IMG/VR virus record: IMGVR_UViG_3300012926_000004
Location: 836 to 64,835 of that record
DNA: 64,000 nt
Source of the DNA: a virus
Reading direction: 5' to 3' (one strand)
Part shown: piece after piece, positions 8,845-17,439 of the stretch
Position numbering within the stretch: the stretch's first letter is position 1
How the letters are laid out: each line of letters starts with the position of its first letter
The notes under the pieces: generated by a model
Seen by the model: the letters and a program-made list of their open reading frames with translations, nothing else
Databases searched by the model: none
What the model was told of the DNA's origin: nothing
Translations under genes and position numbers: made by a program

Positions 8845-11800
8845 TTGAAAGCTGACCTGCTTATGTGGAGACAAAAACCTAGCTCATGTGATGGATGCCA
8901 GTGCCAGCCGATGGGATCTGACTTTAGCCAGCCTGAAGGTTTGGGTTTGCTGGGCGTAGCGATCGTAGCTGAAGCCAGTGGTGAGAAGGAGGCTGCTGAA
9001 CAGTTGCCACTGAGGCCCCATGCACCCTCAGGCATGATCCTGGAACGAACCCTGCGCCGTCTTGGTTACACGCGCGATCAGTTTGCTATCACCAACTGCA
9101 TCCGCTGCCGACCGACAGAGAACTATCTCGACGGAGCACCTTACGAGAAAGAAGTTATCAAACATTGTCAGCCTAATTTACTCAGCTTCTTAAGGCGGTT
9201 CCAGCCTAAGGTTGTAGTCGCGCTCGGCAACGTAGCTTTCAGAACGCTGACCGGAATCTCAGGCGAGAAACAATCTGTGACGCACATGCGAGGATACGTG
9301 TTCAGAGCGTTGCCGGAGTTCTGCGCGGCAGCAGGTACGCAGGACTTGTTGGTGGTGCCAACCTATCATCCAGCTTTTCTACGCCGCGGAAAAATCAACC
9401 TAACAGGAGTCTTCGCTCGGGACATACAACGTGCTGTCAACATCCGTTCGGGCAAGGATCGCTCGTTTATCCTTGATCTGCCAGACTTCGCAGCTCAAGA
9501 GATTGCATGGATCGAGAACCCAGATAACAAAGAACCGTTTGGTGGGCCGCCGCCAGAGTTCTATCAGAAGATCGCTGAGACATGGCTAGCGAAATATAAC
9601 CTGCGCTACCAACTCAAGCCGAACCTACAGGAACTTGACATCTTCTGCCGTGATATCAAAGCGCGCTCGGAGTCCTGGGCCGTGCAATCCCCTGACATGA
9701 AAGCAGCTGACCTGTTAGGGCTATCGTGGGATCTGGAAACCTTCGAATCAGCCTCACTCGACGAAGACGAATCGGATGGCTATACGGACACCAAAATCCG
9801 TCTCTTCCAAGCGTCGATCCAACCAGGCACTGGCATCGCTATGCCCTGGGAAGGGAACTACATTCATGCTGCACGATTCCTGATGAAGCTACCGCTGCCT
9901 AAAATCGGCCATAACTCCTGGTTGTTCGATCAACGGGTTATGCGCGCAGTTGGCGAACGTGACTTCGGCAGTCGGCTGAACCTGAAGCACAATGGTGATA
10001 GCTACGATACCCTGCAGATGTTCCATTACTGGCAGCCGGATCTTCCAGCGCATTTGCAGTATGCCGCATCGTTCACACAGTTCCCATTTCCGTGGAAGCA
10101 TCTCAATGGGGTCAATCTAGAGTTGTATGGCATTGCTGACGTGGACGCAGCGCTGCGTACGTACATCATCATGCGCAAGACGATGGAAGATCGCAAGATT
10201 TGGTTTGACAATGAAAATCCCCAGCGTCAGGCTGCAGGGTACCTAGCTATGGTCCAAGCAGTGCGGCCTATTCTCGCGGACATGGAAGACCGGGGTGTGC
10301 CGATCGACGATGCCCGGCGGATCACACTGGATAAAGATTTCGAAGAAGCCCAGACTGAGGAGATGACGTATTTAGACGCGAAGTTCCCAGATGGCGCACG
10401 GAAGCTAACGCCCAAAGAAGGCTATAAGGGAATTCCGAAGCGGGTGAAGGAGCTGTTGGAAGAGCTGCGGCCTACCGTAGTGCCTGAAGTTCAGAGCGCA
10501 AAGCCTGGAAAGCCGCCAACGAAGAAGGCAATTGCTGAAGCTACTAAGGCTGCGTTCGCAGCACGATACGCTAACTTGCAGCTGGACGAATTGGAGCTGA
10601 TCCGCAACACTAAATTCTTCGACCCGCCGGAGATCAACGAGGATGGAATCGAGGAGCCTGGCGAAAGCTACTACTTCGATCAGCGTGTGTTTGGCCAACA
10701 GCAACTTGATAATGGAATCAAGACTGCAGGTCAGACTCTATGGTGCCGTGTGTATCAGTTCTCACCAAACTCCTCGAAGCAGCTAATGAGTTACATGCGG
10801 TTCCGTGGGCACAAGGTTCCAACTAAAAAAGGCGGCGAGGAAACAACTGGTAAAGTTGAGCTGGTTCGGTTGTCAGCTAAGCATGGAGATGACTTCTATA
10901 CGCGTGTGATCGATTGCCGCGAACTGGGTAAGATGCGCAGTACTTACATCGAAGGCTTCAAGCCACACGCTGACGGCAGAGTGCATTCAACGTTTACGTT
11001 CGATACGGCCACAATGCAGCTCAGCAGCCGAAAGCCTAACCAGCAGAACGTTATCAAGCATGGCAAGCTGGCCAAAGCTGTGCGGTCAATGTATAAGCAT
11101 CCAGCAGGCAAGTTGTTTGTCGAGTGGGATTTCAAAGCCTATCACGTGCTGACGACTGGCTTCGAAGCTCGCAGCAAGAACTACATGCGCCTGGCTCGGC
11201 TCGACATGCACAGCTTTGTAGCCGGCCACTTCAACCGTGACTGGGACGCGTTCAAGTTGTTCAATGAGCCTGATGAGGAGCTGTTAGCTAAGTTCAAATG
11301 GTTCAAGTCGGACAAGGCTCGGAAGGTAATCCGAGATAAGAAAGCTAAGCCGAGCATTCTAGGCATTGGCTTCGGCCTGGGCGTAAAGAAGCTGTATGAG
11401 ATGAACCGCGAGTCGTTCAAGGATCTGCGCGAGGCGGAGAATCTGATGCAGACGATCAAGGATTTGTTCCCGGAGGTTTTCAGGTGGCAGAACCAGATCA
11501 GAGATCTCGCACACAAACAACAGTTTCTGCGGAATAGGTTCGGCGCGCTCAGGCATTTCTATGAAGTGTATGCCCCAGACGGCCGTGGAGGCTGGAAGCC
11601 TGGCGATCAGTCAGAGCAAGCCATTGCGTTCTTGCCGGCTAGCTCCGCATTCGGCAACATTCGCGAGTGCATGAAGACGATGGACCGCAAGGGTTTGCTA
11701 GAGAAATGGGAACTGGTCAACACCGTGCATGACTCGTTCGTGTTTCTGGTCGAGCCTGGGCTTATGCCGCAGCATATTGCTGAGATGTATCCTGTGTTGC

Positions 11801-11937
11801 ACGCTCCTAGCAGGGTACTGATCGATGAGGAGCTTGCACCACAGGGGCTGCAGGTGGACGTTGAATGCAGTAGTGGAATTACATGGGCCGATTCTGAGGA
11901 GGTAGCTATTCCTGCTGAAGTGCTTGCGGCAGACTAG
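8845..11937 (+). CDS. polA: family A DNA polymerase with N-terminal UDG-like domain and 3'-5' exonuclease
   Basis: UDG: CDGC, TNCIRCRP, VVALG, TYHPAF. Exo: DLET, HNSWLFD, YGIAD. Pol: SSRKPNQQN, WDFKAYH, AKPSILGIGFG, VHDS. Start may be ATG 8863. Confidence 0.92.
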   Translation: MKADLLMWRQKPSSCDGCQCQPMGSDFSQPEGLGLLGVAIVAEASGEKEAAEQLPLRPHAPSGMILERTLRRLGYTRDQFAITNCIRCRPTENYLDGAPYEKEVIKHCQPNLLSFLRRFQPKVVVALGNVAFRTLTGISGEKQSVTHMRGYVFRALPEFCAAAGTQDLLVVPTYHPAFLRRGKINLTGVFARDIQRAVNIRSGKDRSFILDLPDFAAQEIAWIENPDNKEPFGGPPPEFYQKIAETWLAKYNLRYQLKPNLQELDIFCRDIKARSESWAVQSPDMKAADLLGLSWDLETFESASLDEDESDGYTDTKIRLFQASIQPGTGIAMPWEGNYIHAARFLMKLPLPKIGHNSWLFDQRVMRAVGERDFGSRLNLKHNGDSYDTLQMFHYWQPDLPAHLQYAASFTQFPFPWKHLNGVNLELYGIADVDAALRTYIIMRKTMEDRKIWFDNENPQRQAAGYLAMVQAVRPILADMEDRGVPIDDARRITLDKDFEEAQTEEMTYLDAKFPDGARKLTPKEGYKGIPKRVKELLEELRPTVVPEVQSAKPGKPPTKKAIAEATKAAFAARYANLQLDELELIRNTKFFDPPEINEDGIEEPGESYYFDQRVFGQQQLDNGIKTAGQTLWCRVYQFSPNSSKQLMSYMRFRGHKVPTKKGGEETTGKVELVRLSAKHGDDFYTRVIDCRELGKMRSTYIEGFKPHADGRVHSTFTFDTATMQLSSRKPNQQNVIKHGKLAKAVRSMYKHPAGKLFVEWDFKAYHVLTTGFEARSKNYMRLARLDMHSFVAGHFNRDWDAFKLFNEPDEELLAKFKWFKSDKARKVIRDKKAKPSILGIGFGLGVKKLYEMNRESFKDLREAENLMQTIKDLFPEVFRWQNQIRDLAHKQQFLRNRFGALRHFYEVYAPDGRGGWKPGDQSEQAIAFLPASSAFGNIRECMKTMDRKGLLEKWELVNTVHDSFVFLVEPGLMPQHIAEMYPVLHAPSRVLIDEELAPQGLQVDVECSSGITWADSEEVAIPAEVLAAD

Positions 11938-11959
11938 TCCAGGCTGTGGAAGAAACCAC

Positions 11960-11988
11960 TTGACACTTAGCTCAACTTGAGCTACCTT
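11960..11988 (+). promoter_or_regulatory. sigma70-type promoter with palindromic operator
   Basis: TTGACA-N17-TACCTT; inverted repeat TAGCTCAA-C-TTGAGCTA at 11968-11984. Confidence 0.7.
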
Positions 11989-12028
11989 ACCTCTAGACCT
12001 TTGGAAAGCCGGAGGCTTCTAGCCAACC

Positions 12029-12388
12029 ATGATCATCCAAACATATGCCGAGACAAGACTTGAACTAAGCAGTGGGATCTCAACCAGTGAAGCTGTTTGC
12101 CGCTTATGTGAGCACCGCTACGACGCTGATGACGAAGCCGGATACACGGAAGGCTGCTGTGACCAACACGAACGCTGCCAACATGCCGACTGCCTGGAGT
12201 CATCTCATCCTAAGTCTGATGAAGGATTCTGTGCTTGGCATGCTCTGCTGGATGCCACGGAGTACGTACAGCGTATCGTTGCTGGCGAGGAGCCCAGCGA
12301 TAAGTACATTCCAGCCAAGCATGCAGAAAGCGTCTGGGCTGGCCGAGTCTGGGAGCTGAACAAACTGGGTCGACAAATTCAACACTAA
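12029..12388 (+). CDS. Cys/His-rich hypothetical protein
   Basis: GGAGG RBS; CRLC, CCDQHERC, CAWH residues. Confidence 0.65.
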   Translation: MIIQTYAETRLELSSGISTSEAVCRLCEHRYDADDEAGYTEGCCDQHERCQHADCLESSHPKSDEGFCAWHALLDATEYVQRIVAGEEPSDKYIPAKHAESVWAGRVWELNKLGRQIQH

Positions 12389-12410
12389 CCGAAGGGAGTA
12401 TTATTCCGCC

Positions 12411-12674
12411 ATGCCGAGATTCGATATCAGCACTCTAGAGGATCTACGAAATGCCAGCCGCGAAGCTTTCAAGCCCAAGTATGAGGACGAGGATATCGTC
12501 CTTGTTCTCCACCCTTTCAGATCGACTCGCAAGCGCGAAATCATCGGTGCAGACAAACGTTACAAACGTGCCGATCCCGTTCGCTGCATTGTTCCGTCAG
12601 GCTGGCGTGGTGGCAGGTTCAACACCGATGCCCTCATCCAAGTCCCTTGCGATTCCAGGGGATGTGCTGTCTAA
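12411..12674 (+). CDS. hypothetical protein
   Basis: GAAGGGAG RBS; operon position. Confidence 0.55.
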   Translation: MPRFDISTLEDLRNASREAFKPKYEDEDIVLVLHPFRSTRKREIIGADKRYKRADPVRCIVPSGWRGGRFNTDALIQVPCDSRGCAV

Positions 12675-12777
12675 GTTCGATGTCAATCCCTTTGAAGCGA
12701 GCATGCCGTATCTCGATCTCGCAGCAGTTCCTACAACTTCACTGCCAACCCCGCAACCGCACCAGGAGATCCAACCA

Positions 12778-13161
12778 ATGAGCTTTCTCACCTCTGTAAT
12801 CTCTGGCCTGTCTAAGGCTGAAAACTTCCTCATCAGCATCTTCACAAAGGCGTCCGCCGTGGCTAAAGTTATTACCTCTGTATCGCCCAAGACCTTGGCT
12901 GCAGTTCTGGCCGTTTTCTATGACATCACGAAGCTGATTGCGAGTGAAGGTGTTGCGGTGGCTGATATCAGTTCGGGCAAGTACCAGCAGGGTGTAGGGG
13001 AATTGTTTAGTCCTACCACGCAGGCTTTGCTCACTGCTATCGCAGCTGACATCAAGGATCTCGACAGCACAGTCATCGACGACCTAAAGAAGCTCGGGAT
13101 CGCTATCAACCCGCCTGCAGCAGTCGCGCCAGTCGCCGTAACTCCAGTAGCTACTGCCTAA
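12778..13161 (+). CDS. amphipathic helical hypothetical protein (possibly lysis- or membrane-associated)
   Basis: AGGAG RBS before ATG 12778 (MSFLTSVISG...); the longer 12451 start lacks RBS support. Confidence 0.65.
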   Translation: MSFLTSVISGLSKAENFLISIFTKASAVAKVITSVSPKTLAAVLAVFYDITKLIASEGVAVADISSGKYQQGVGELFSPTTQALLTAIAADIKDLDSTVIDDLKKLGIAINPPAAVAPVAVTPVATA

Positions 13162-13248
13162 GTTCTAGCTGGGGCCGCAGGGTCCCTTCGAAGCTAGTTA
13201 TCCTGCAATACGAAAGGAGACCAGCGGAGAAATTGCCAGAGCACGAAG

Positions 13249-13279
13249 AAGGTCACCTGATAACCGGGTGGCCTTTTTC
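13249..13279 (+). terminator. intrinsic terminator
   Basis: AAGGTCACC-loop-GGTGGCCTT followed by a T run. Confidence 0.65.
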
Positions 13280-13304
13280 ATTGGGGTTCTTCGTTGGATT
13301 ATGT

Positions 13305-13514
13305 ATGACCGCACTTGAAATCGCATGCCGAGTTTGCTCGGCTCAACCTGGAGAACCTTGCGCCAGCACAGCCTCCCTACAACTTCAACCTGGCGAGTTC
13401 CATCACGAACGTGGCGATGATGCTGCTTTCTGGTCGAATGTCGGCTCGTCCACAACTGCTCAAGCTAAAGTTACCAAAGTGATAGCTGAGGTCGCAGCCG
13501 ATGAGCTATTCTAA
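13305..13514 (+). CDS. small zinc-finger-like protein
   Basis: CRVCSAQPGEPC...HHER pattern. Confidence 0.55.
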   Translation: MTALEIACRVCSAQPGEPCASTASLQLQPGEFHHERGDDAAFWSNVGSSTTAQAKVTKVIAEVAADELF

Positions 13515-13542
13515 TCCCCTACTCACTGCAAGAGGTACCACT

Positions 13543-13737
13543 ATGTCTAACCCTCATCTGCCTCGGGTTCAGCCTGCAACCGGCATGCTGGATCCCTTAT
13601 ACGACTCGACTAGTCACTGGGACGATGAAGATATAGGGTCGAACCCGCCAACGATCATAGCCATAGCCGTGGTTTATATTGTGTTCTTAGTTGGAGGCAT
13701 TGCAGGTTACTTTCTGCGCATGCTGGTTCATGCCTAG
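13543..13737 (+). CDS. small single-TM membrane protein
   Basis: GAGGT RBS; C-terminal hydrophobic helix IIAIAVVYIVFLVGGIAGYFL. Confidence 0.6.
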   Translation: MSNPHLPRVQPATGMLDPLYDSTSHWDDEDIGSNPPTIIAIAVVYIVFLVGGIAGYFLRMLVHA

Positions 13738-14249
13738 ACAGTAGGCGGTAGCGGCGGCTTTGGCAGCTCAGCAGCGATCGCCGCAGCCACAGCAGGCGGT
13801 GCCTGAGCGATTGTAGTCGTCGTGGTGACCAACGAGCCGTCTGGAGCGTGTTGCGTCGTCTGGCTAGCCACCAGCGCCTTCCAGGCGGCCTTGGTACGAG
13901 GATTCCTGATCCAAGCATAGAACGCGGCCGTCGTCAGCCCAATCTCTTTGAGCCAGTGCGGCAGGATCGACCAGATCCAATCGAACATATGAGTGAACGG
14001 CGGGAAGAACGTATAGCCGAAACCGCAGCCGAGGATGGCTACGGTGCCGACGTGGGTAAACCCACCGTGAGTTGTGACCCAGGTTTTAGCCCACAGCAGA
14101 TGCTTGGTCAGGAAGGTTTTGAACGAGGATGCGGTTGCGGCTACAGCGATGGCCGTAGCTGGGATCGTGGTCGTAGTGGTGATGGTTTCAACGGTCACGG
14201 GCGTTGGCGTAGCGGCAGCAGGCAGGGAAGACTTCACTTCATCAGGCAT
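13734..14249 (-). CDS. putative holin
   Basis: hydrophobic segments; translationally coupled to the endolysin stop (ATG 14249, GGAGG RBS). Confidence 0.55.
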   Translation of the reverse strand: MPDEVKSSLPAAATPTPVTVETITTTTTIPATAIAVAATASSFKTFLTKHLLWAKTWVTTHGGFTHVGTVAILGCGFGYTFFPPFTHMFDWIWSILPHWLKEIGLTTAAFYAWIRNPRTKAAWKALVASQTTQHAPDGSLVTTTTTIAQAPPAVAAAIAAELPKPPLPPTV

Positions 14250-14856
14250 TTGGTACCTCCAGAGGTGCAACAATGGATGCATCTAGAAACTCATTCTTGG
14301 TCCATAAGTTACGCTCAGCGAACCCTTTATCGTTGACGTTCCGAGCGCATTGCTGAGACACGGTCAGCCAGTCACGCTTAGCGATGGCAGCATTGAACAG
14401 CGGGTATTTCGGCGGCGCGAGCTTGACCGGGCCGAGGTTGTATCGCATGTCGATCAGTGCGATCTTGGCCGGGTCCGGCATGGAGTCGTAGCCTGGATAG
14501 ATCCGCCTGAGATCCGTCTCGCAGGAGTTGACCTGGCTGACTAGCAACCTATGCTGCTCGGCATCCGGCAGCAGCGGACTTGTAGCCGACTTATAGAACT
14601 TAGCTCCGAACTGCTGGCCATAAGGCATGCCTCGGACTCTGGCGTAGTCTTGTTCGATCTCAGTAGGAGTAGCCGGCCGACTGCCGTCGGGAGACATGAA
14701 CTTGAGATTGAGTGCAGCCAGCGCTGACACAACCTGCAGGCCGATAGCTGTCGTCACCCAGCCCTTGATGTCAAGGTACAGCCAGGCTATGGGTGTCTCC
14801 CAGTTAGTCAGCCAGTGATAGCTCTCGTCCAAGTACGTCGGCGTAGGCGTTGCCAT
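14242..14856 (-). CDS. endolysin, lysozyme-like (GH24-related)
   Basis: E...WLYLDIKGWVTTAIG and ALIDMRYNLG...FNAAIAKRDW motifs; GGAGG RBS. Confidence 0.8.
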   Translation of the reverse strand: MATPTPTYLDESYHWLTNWETPIAWLYLDIKGWVTTAIGLQVVSALAALNLKFMSPDGSRPATPTEIEQDYARVRGMPYGQQFGAKFYKSATSPLLPDAEQHRLLVSQVNSCETDLRRIYPGYDSMPDPAKIALIDMRYNLGPVKLAPPKYPLFNAAIAKRDWLTVSQQCARNVNDKGFAERNLWTKNEFLDASIVAPLEVPNA

Positions 14857-14905
14857 CAGCAGTTACCTCCGTGCGTGCGCCGAGCGCAGCTCAGTCGTTA
14901 TTATC

Positions 14906-14934
14906 TTCCCACAAGCGGGCTAGAACTATAGCAT
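14906..14934 (+). promoter_or_regulatory. sigma70-like promoter, probably leaderless
   Basis: TTCCCA-N17-TAGCAT, then 6 nt to ATG 14941; no SD. Confidence 0.5.
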
Positions 14935-14940
14935 GTTTCT

Positions 14941-15417
14941 ATGGATAACTTTTGGCTAGCCGTCACATTCTCTGCACACTGTCTGTTCCTCTGGATCGTG
15001 TTCAAGCGCAAGTTCCAAACCTTGATCCCGTTCCTAACCGGTCTGATCATCTGTCGCGTGATCGAGACGCCTATTGAGTCCTGGGCTTATCATCACAATA
15101 ACTATCTGCTGCATTGGAATCTGTTCTGGGGTTTTGGCGTTTTCAACCTGCTGCTGCTGGCAGCCTCGTTCGCCGAGACCAGAAAGATCCTGCCTGCGGT
15201 TGCCTGGACGATTGGCATCTATCTGGTTCCCAAAACCATCGAGTACGTAACCCTAGTCAGCTGTGAAGAGAAGCAATGGCCGAGCCTGGCTGCCAGCCTG
15301 ATGCGCCCAATGAATTTGCTCTGCGTTCTGTCTTGGTGTTATATCCTTAGGCCCAGGGCACCTAAGCCTAAGAAGGAGAACCTAGATGATGGAGCAAGCA
15401 GTTCAGCGCATGGATGA
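14941..15417 (+). CDS. multi-pass membrane protein (about 4-5 TM)
   Basis: successive hydrophobic helices; oriented opposite to flanking late genes. Confidence 0.7.
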   Translation: MDNFWLAVTFSAHCLFLWIVFKRKFQTLIPFLTGLIICRVIETPIESWAYHHNNYLLHWNLFWGFGVFNLLLLAASFAETRKILPAVAWTIGIYLVPKTIEYVTLVSCEEKQWPSLAASLMRPMNLLCVLSWCYILRPRAPKPKKENLDDGASSSAHG

Positions 15418-15544
15418 CACTGGCGGTCCGCCGCCTCGGCCGCCTCATAGTGGCAATGTAGTCGAGCAGGAACCTGAAGGTCTGGTCGAGGACGAGGTTG
15501 TAGTCGTCGACGAGACTGAAGAGGACGAGGAAGACGACGAGTAA
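15386..15544 (+). CDS. 52-aa Pro-rich/acidic peptide (MMEQAVQRMDDTGGPPPRPPH...EEDEEDDE)
   Basis: AAGGAG RBS at 15373-15378; overlaps the 3' end of the membrane gene; not in the ORF track. Confidence 0.6.
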   Translation: MMEQAVQRMDDTGGPPPRPPHSGNVVEQEPEGLVEDEVVVVDETEEDEEDDE

Positions 15545-15580
15545 CTAGGGGAGCTGGGTCAGCGATCCTCCTGATCCAGC

Positions 15581-15922
15581 CTACCCGAGATGCACTCCCT
15601 TACCCAGCATCAGAATAATGCCCCAGATCGTGGTTATAATCAGACACAACAGCAGCCACACGATCTTCTTACCCCATCCGTTGATTCCTGCTATATCATC
15701 CTTCATTTCCTTGATCTCCCTGTCATGATTCAACAGGCGGTCAACGACGGAACGATTTTGAGAGTCGAAGCCTCGGATAAGATTCTTGTCGTGAATCTCT
15801 ACCATGTCCTCTAGGTCTTTCACACGCCCTCCAAGGTCTCCCAGGAGCCGCATGGTCTCAGCAAATGATGTCGGCGGTGACATAGACTGTTCTCCCAAAC
15901 CTATAGGTGTAACCTCCGGCAT
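15581..15922 (-). CDS. coiled-coil plus C-terminal TM protein (XhlA/holin-like)
   Basis: coiled-coil then KKIVWLLLCLIITTIWGIILML; last gene of the fibre cluster. Confidence 0.55.
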   Translation of the reverse strand: MPEVTPIGLGEQSMSPPTSFAETMRLLGDLGGRVKDLEDMVEIHDKNLIRGFDSQNRSVVDRLLNHDREIKEMKDDIAGINGWGKKIVWLLLCLIITTIWGIILMLGKGVHLG

Positions 15923-16073
15923 TGCAGCCTGCCATATTACTTAGCCAAGGAGGGCGGATCCAGGTGAAGCCGAGGTACAAAGCAAAGCAAGCGCAACAGG
16001 CAAAGTTTACCAACAGCAGTCGGCTTTAGCCTATAGAGTTTGATGGGAAAATGTAACTTTGGTCACCTAAATA

Positions 16074-17439
16074 TCAACTGCCACATAGCTCCACGTAAAT
16101 TGTGGCTGTAGTCGTAAGCGGGACAAGCGAGGAAGCTCCGAGCAGGAGAATGCCGGTGCCGGATACCACTTTGCCGGATATCGTGCTGCCGGACAGAGGG
16201 TTCACGATGGCTACGTACTGGTCTGTAGCGTTAGTTGTGGCAGGCGAGATCGGTGTCACGTGGATCGAGCGAACCGTTGTGATCCCAGCCGCGCCGAAAC
16301 TCATCGTCCAAGTACCGGTAGAGGTCGTCGTGAAAGCTCCCGACTGGAAGCATTTCATGTTGGCTACCGCGCCGGCTGAGTTGTAGTAAAGGACGCCAGC
16401 CGGACCAGTTGCGCCTGCTGGGCCAATAGCTCCAACCGGGCCTACTGCACCTACAGCGCCTTGAATACCTTGAGGGCCGACAGCGCCAGCTGGGCCGGTT
16501 AGACCTTGAGTTCCTGTAGCTCCTATGGGACCGACGCTACCGGTGGCACCTGTGGGTCCGGCTGGGCCAATACCACCGGTAGCCCCGTTTGCACCCGTAG
16601 CTCCCACAGCCCCGGTATTGCCATTTGGTCCGGTGTTCCCGGTAGGACCTTGGGGGCCAGCCGCGCCTGTGGGTCCTGCGCTGCCAGTGAGGCCAGTTGG
16701 TCCTGTAGCGCCTGTAGGTCCACTGGGTCCAGTACTGCCAACACTGCCCTGTGGACCTGTAGGCCCTGTACTCCCCGTGAGGCCGATGGGCCCGACAGCA
16801 CCTGTAGCTCCAGTTGAACCGTTAGGACCTGTGGCACCTTGCACCCCCTGAGGGCCGACGGAGCCTGTTGCTCCGGTTGGCCCAGCTGGACCAGTTGGTC
16901 CGGCTGACGTTAGTTGATTCGCTTGAATGAATGATATCCAGGAGGCCGAGTCCGCGCAACCGGGCGTGATCAGGTGGCCGACGTAACCGGGGGTGAGAAT
17001 GTTGGTCAATCCATTCGTGGGCGAGTTGACACTAATGATCCGGCCAGAGGTAGGAGTTGTACAAGGGATGTCTAAGAGTGAAGTAAAGCCGGATGAGTGA
17101 AGGGTACCGGGCGTAGTTGTGCTGGCTATAGCAATCTCGTTCAGCACGGGCGTGTTGTCGAACAACGTCGGAGCTGAGCCATAAATAGCCATGTAGACGA
17201 AGTCACCGGGGTTGCCTCCCTGGAGGATTATGCCACTAATCGATCCGGTCCCAGGATACGGAATAACACAGAAGATCGGAGCACAGGAAACGTTCTGAAC
17301 GACTTCGCCGGCGACTAGAGCGGTACTGCCGCTAGCAATGCGAACCGCAGTCAGGGATTGCTGGGTTGAGGCTGGAACTGTAAAACCGAGAGCAAGGCAA
17401 AGAAGTGAAGCAAGATAGAGCTTAGAATAGACCGTCACA
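16074..17439 (-). CDS. secreted collagen-like fibre protein
   Basis: signal-like N-terminus (likely GTG 17439; ORF track start 17456); 56 uninterrupted G-X-Y triplets. Confidence 0.85.
16398..16901 (-). repeat. collagen (Gly-X-Y)56 coding repeat
   Basis: counted from GPT GPA GPT to GAT GPA. Confidence 0.9.

Noticed and set aside
8321-11937. 2-aminoadenine (Z) genome system
   Set aside because: MazG-like and PolA genes are present, but no PurZ or DatZ is recognisable in the window; it cannot be supported here, though not excluded elsewhere in the genome
12451-12777. N-terminal extension of the 12451..13161 ORF
   Set aside because: It overlaps 12411..12674, which has a good RBS; a strong AGGAG supports ATG 12778 instead
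12778-15922. Spanin pair (i-spanin/o-spanin)
   Set aside because: No convincing lipobox-containing ORF found near the endolysin and holin
16398-16901. CRISPR-like or DNA tandem array
   Set aside because: The periodicity is the 9-nt collagen codon pattern, with no constant repeats or unique spacers
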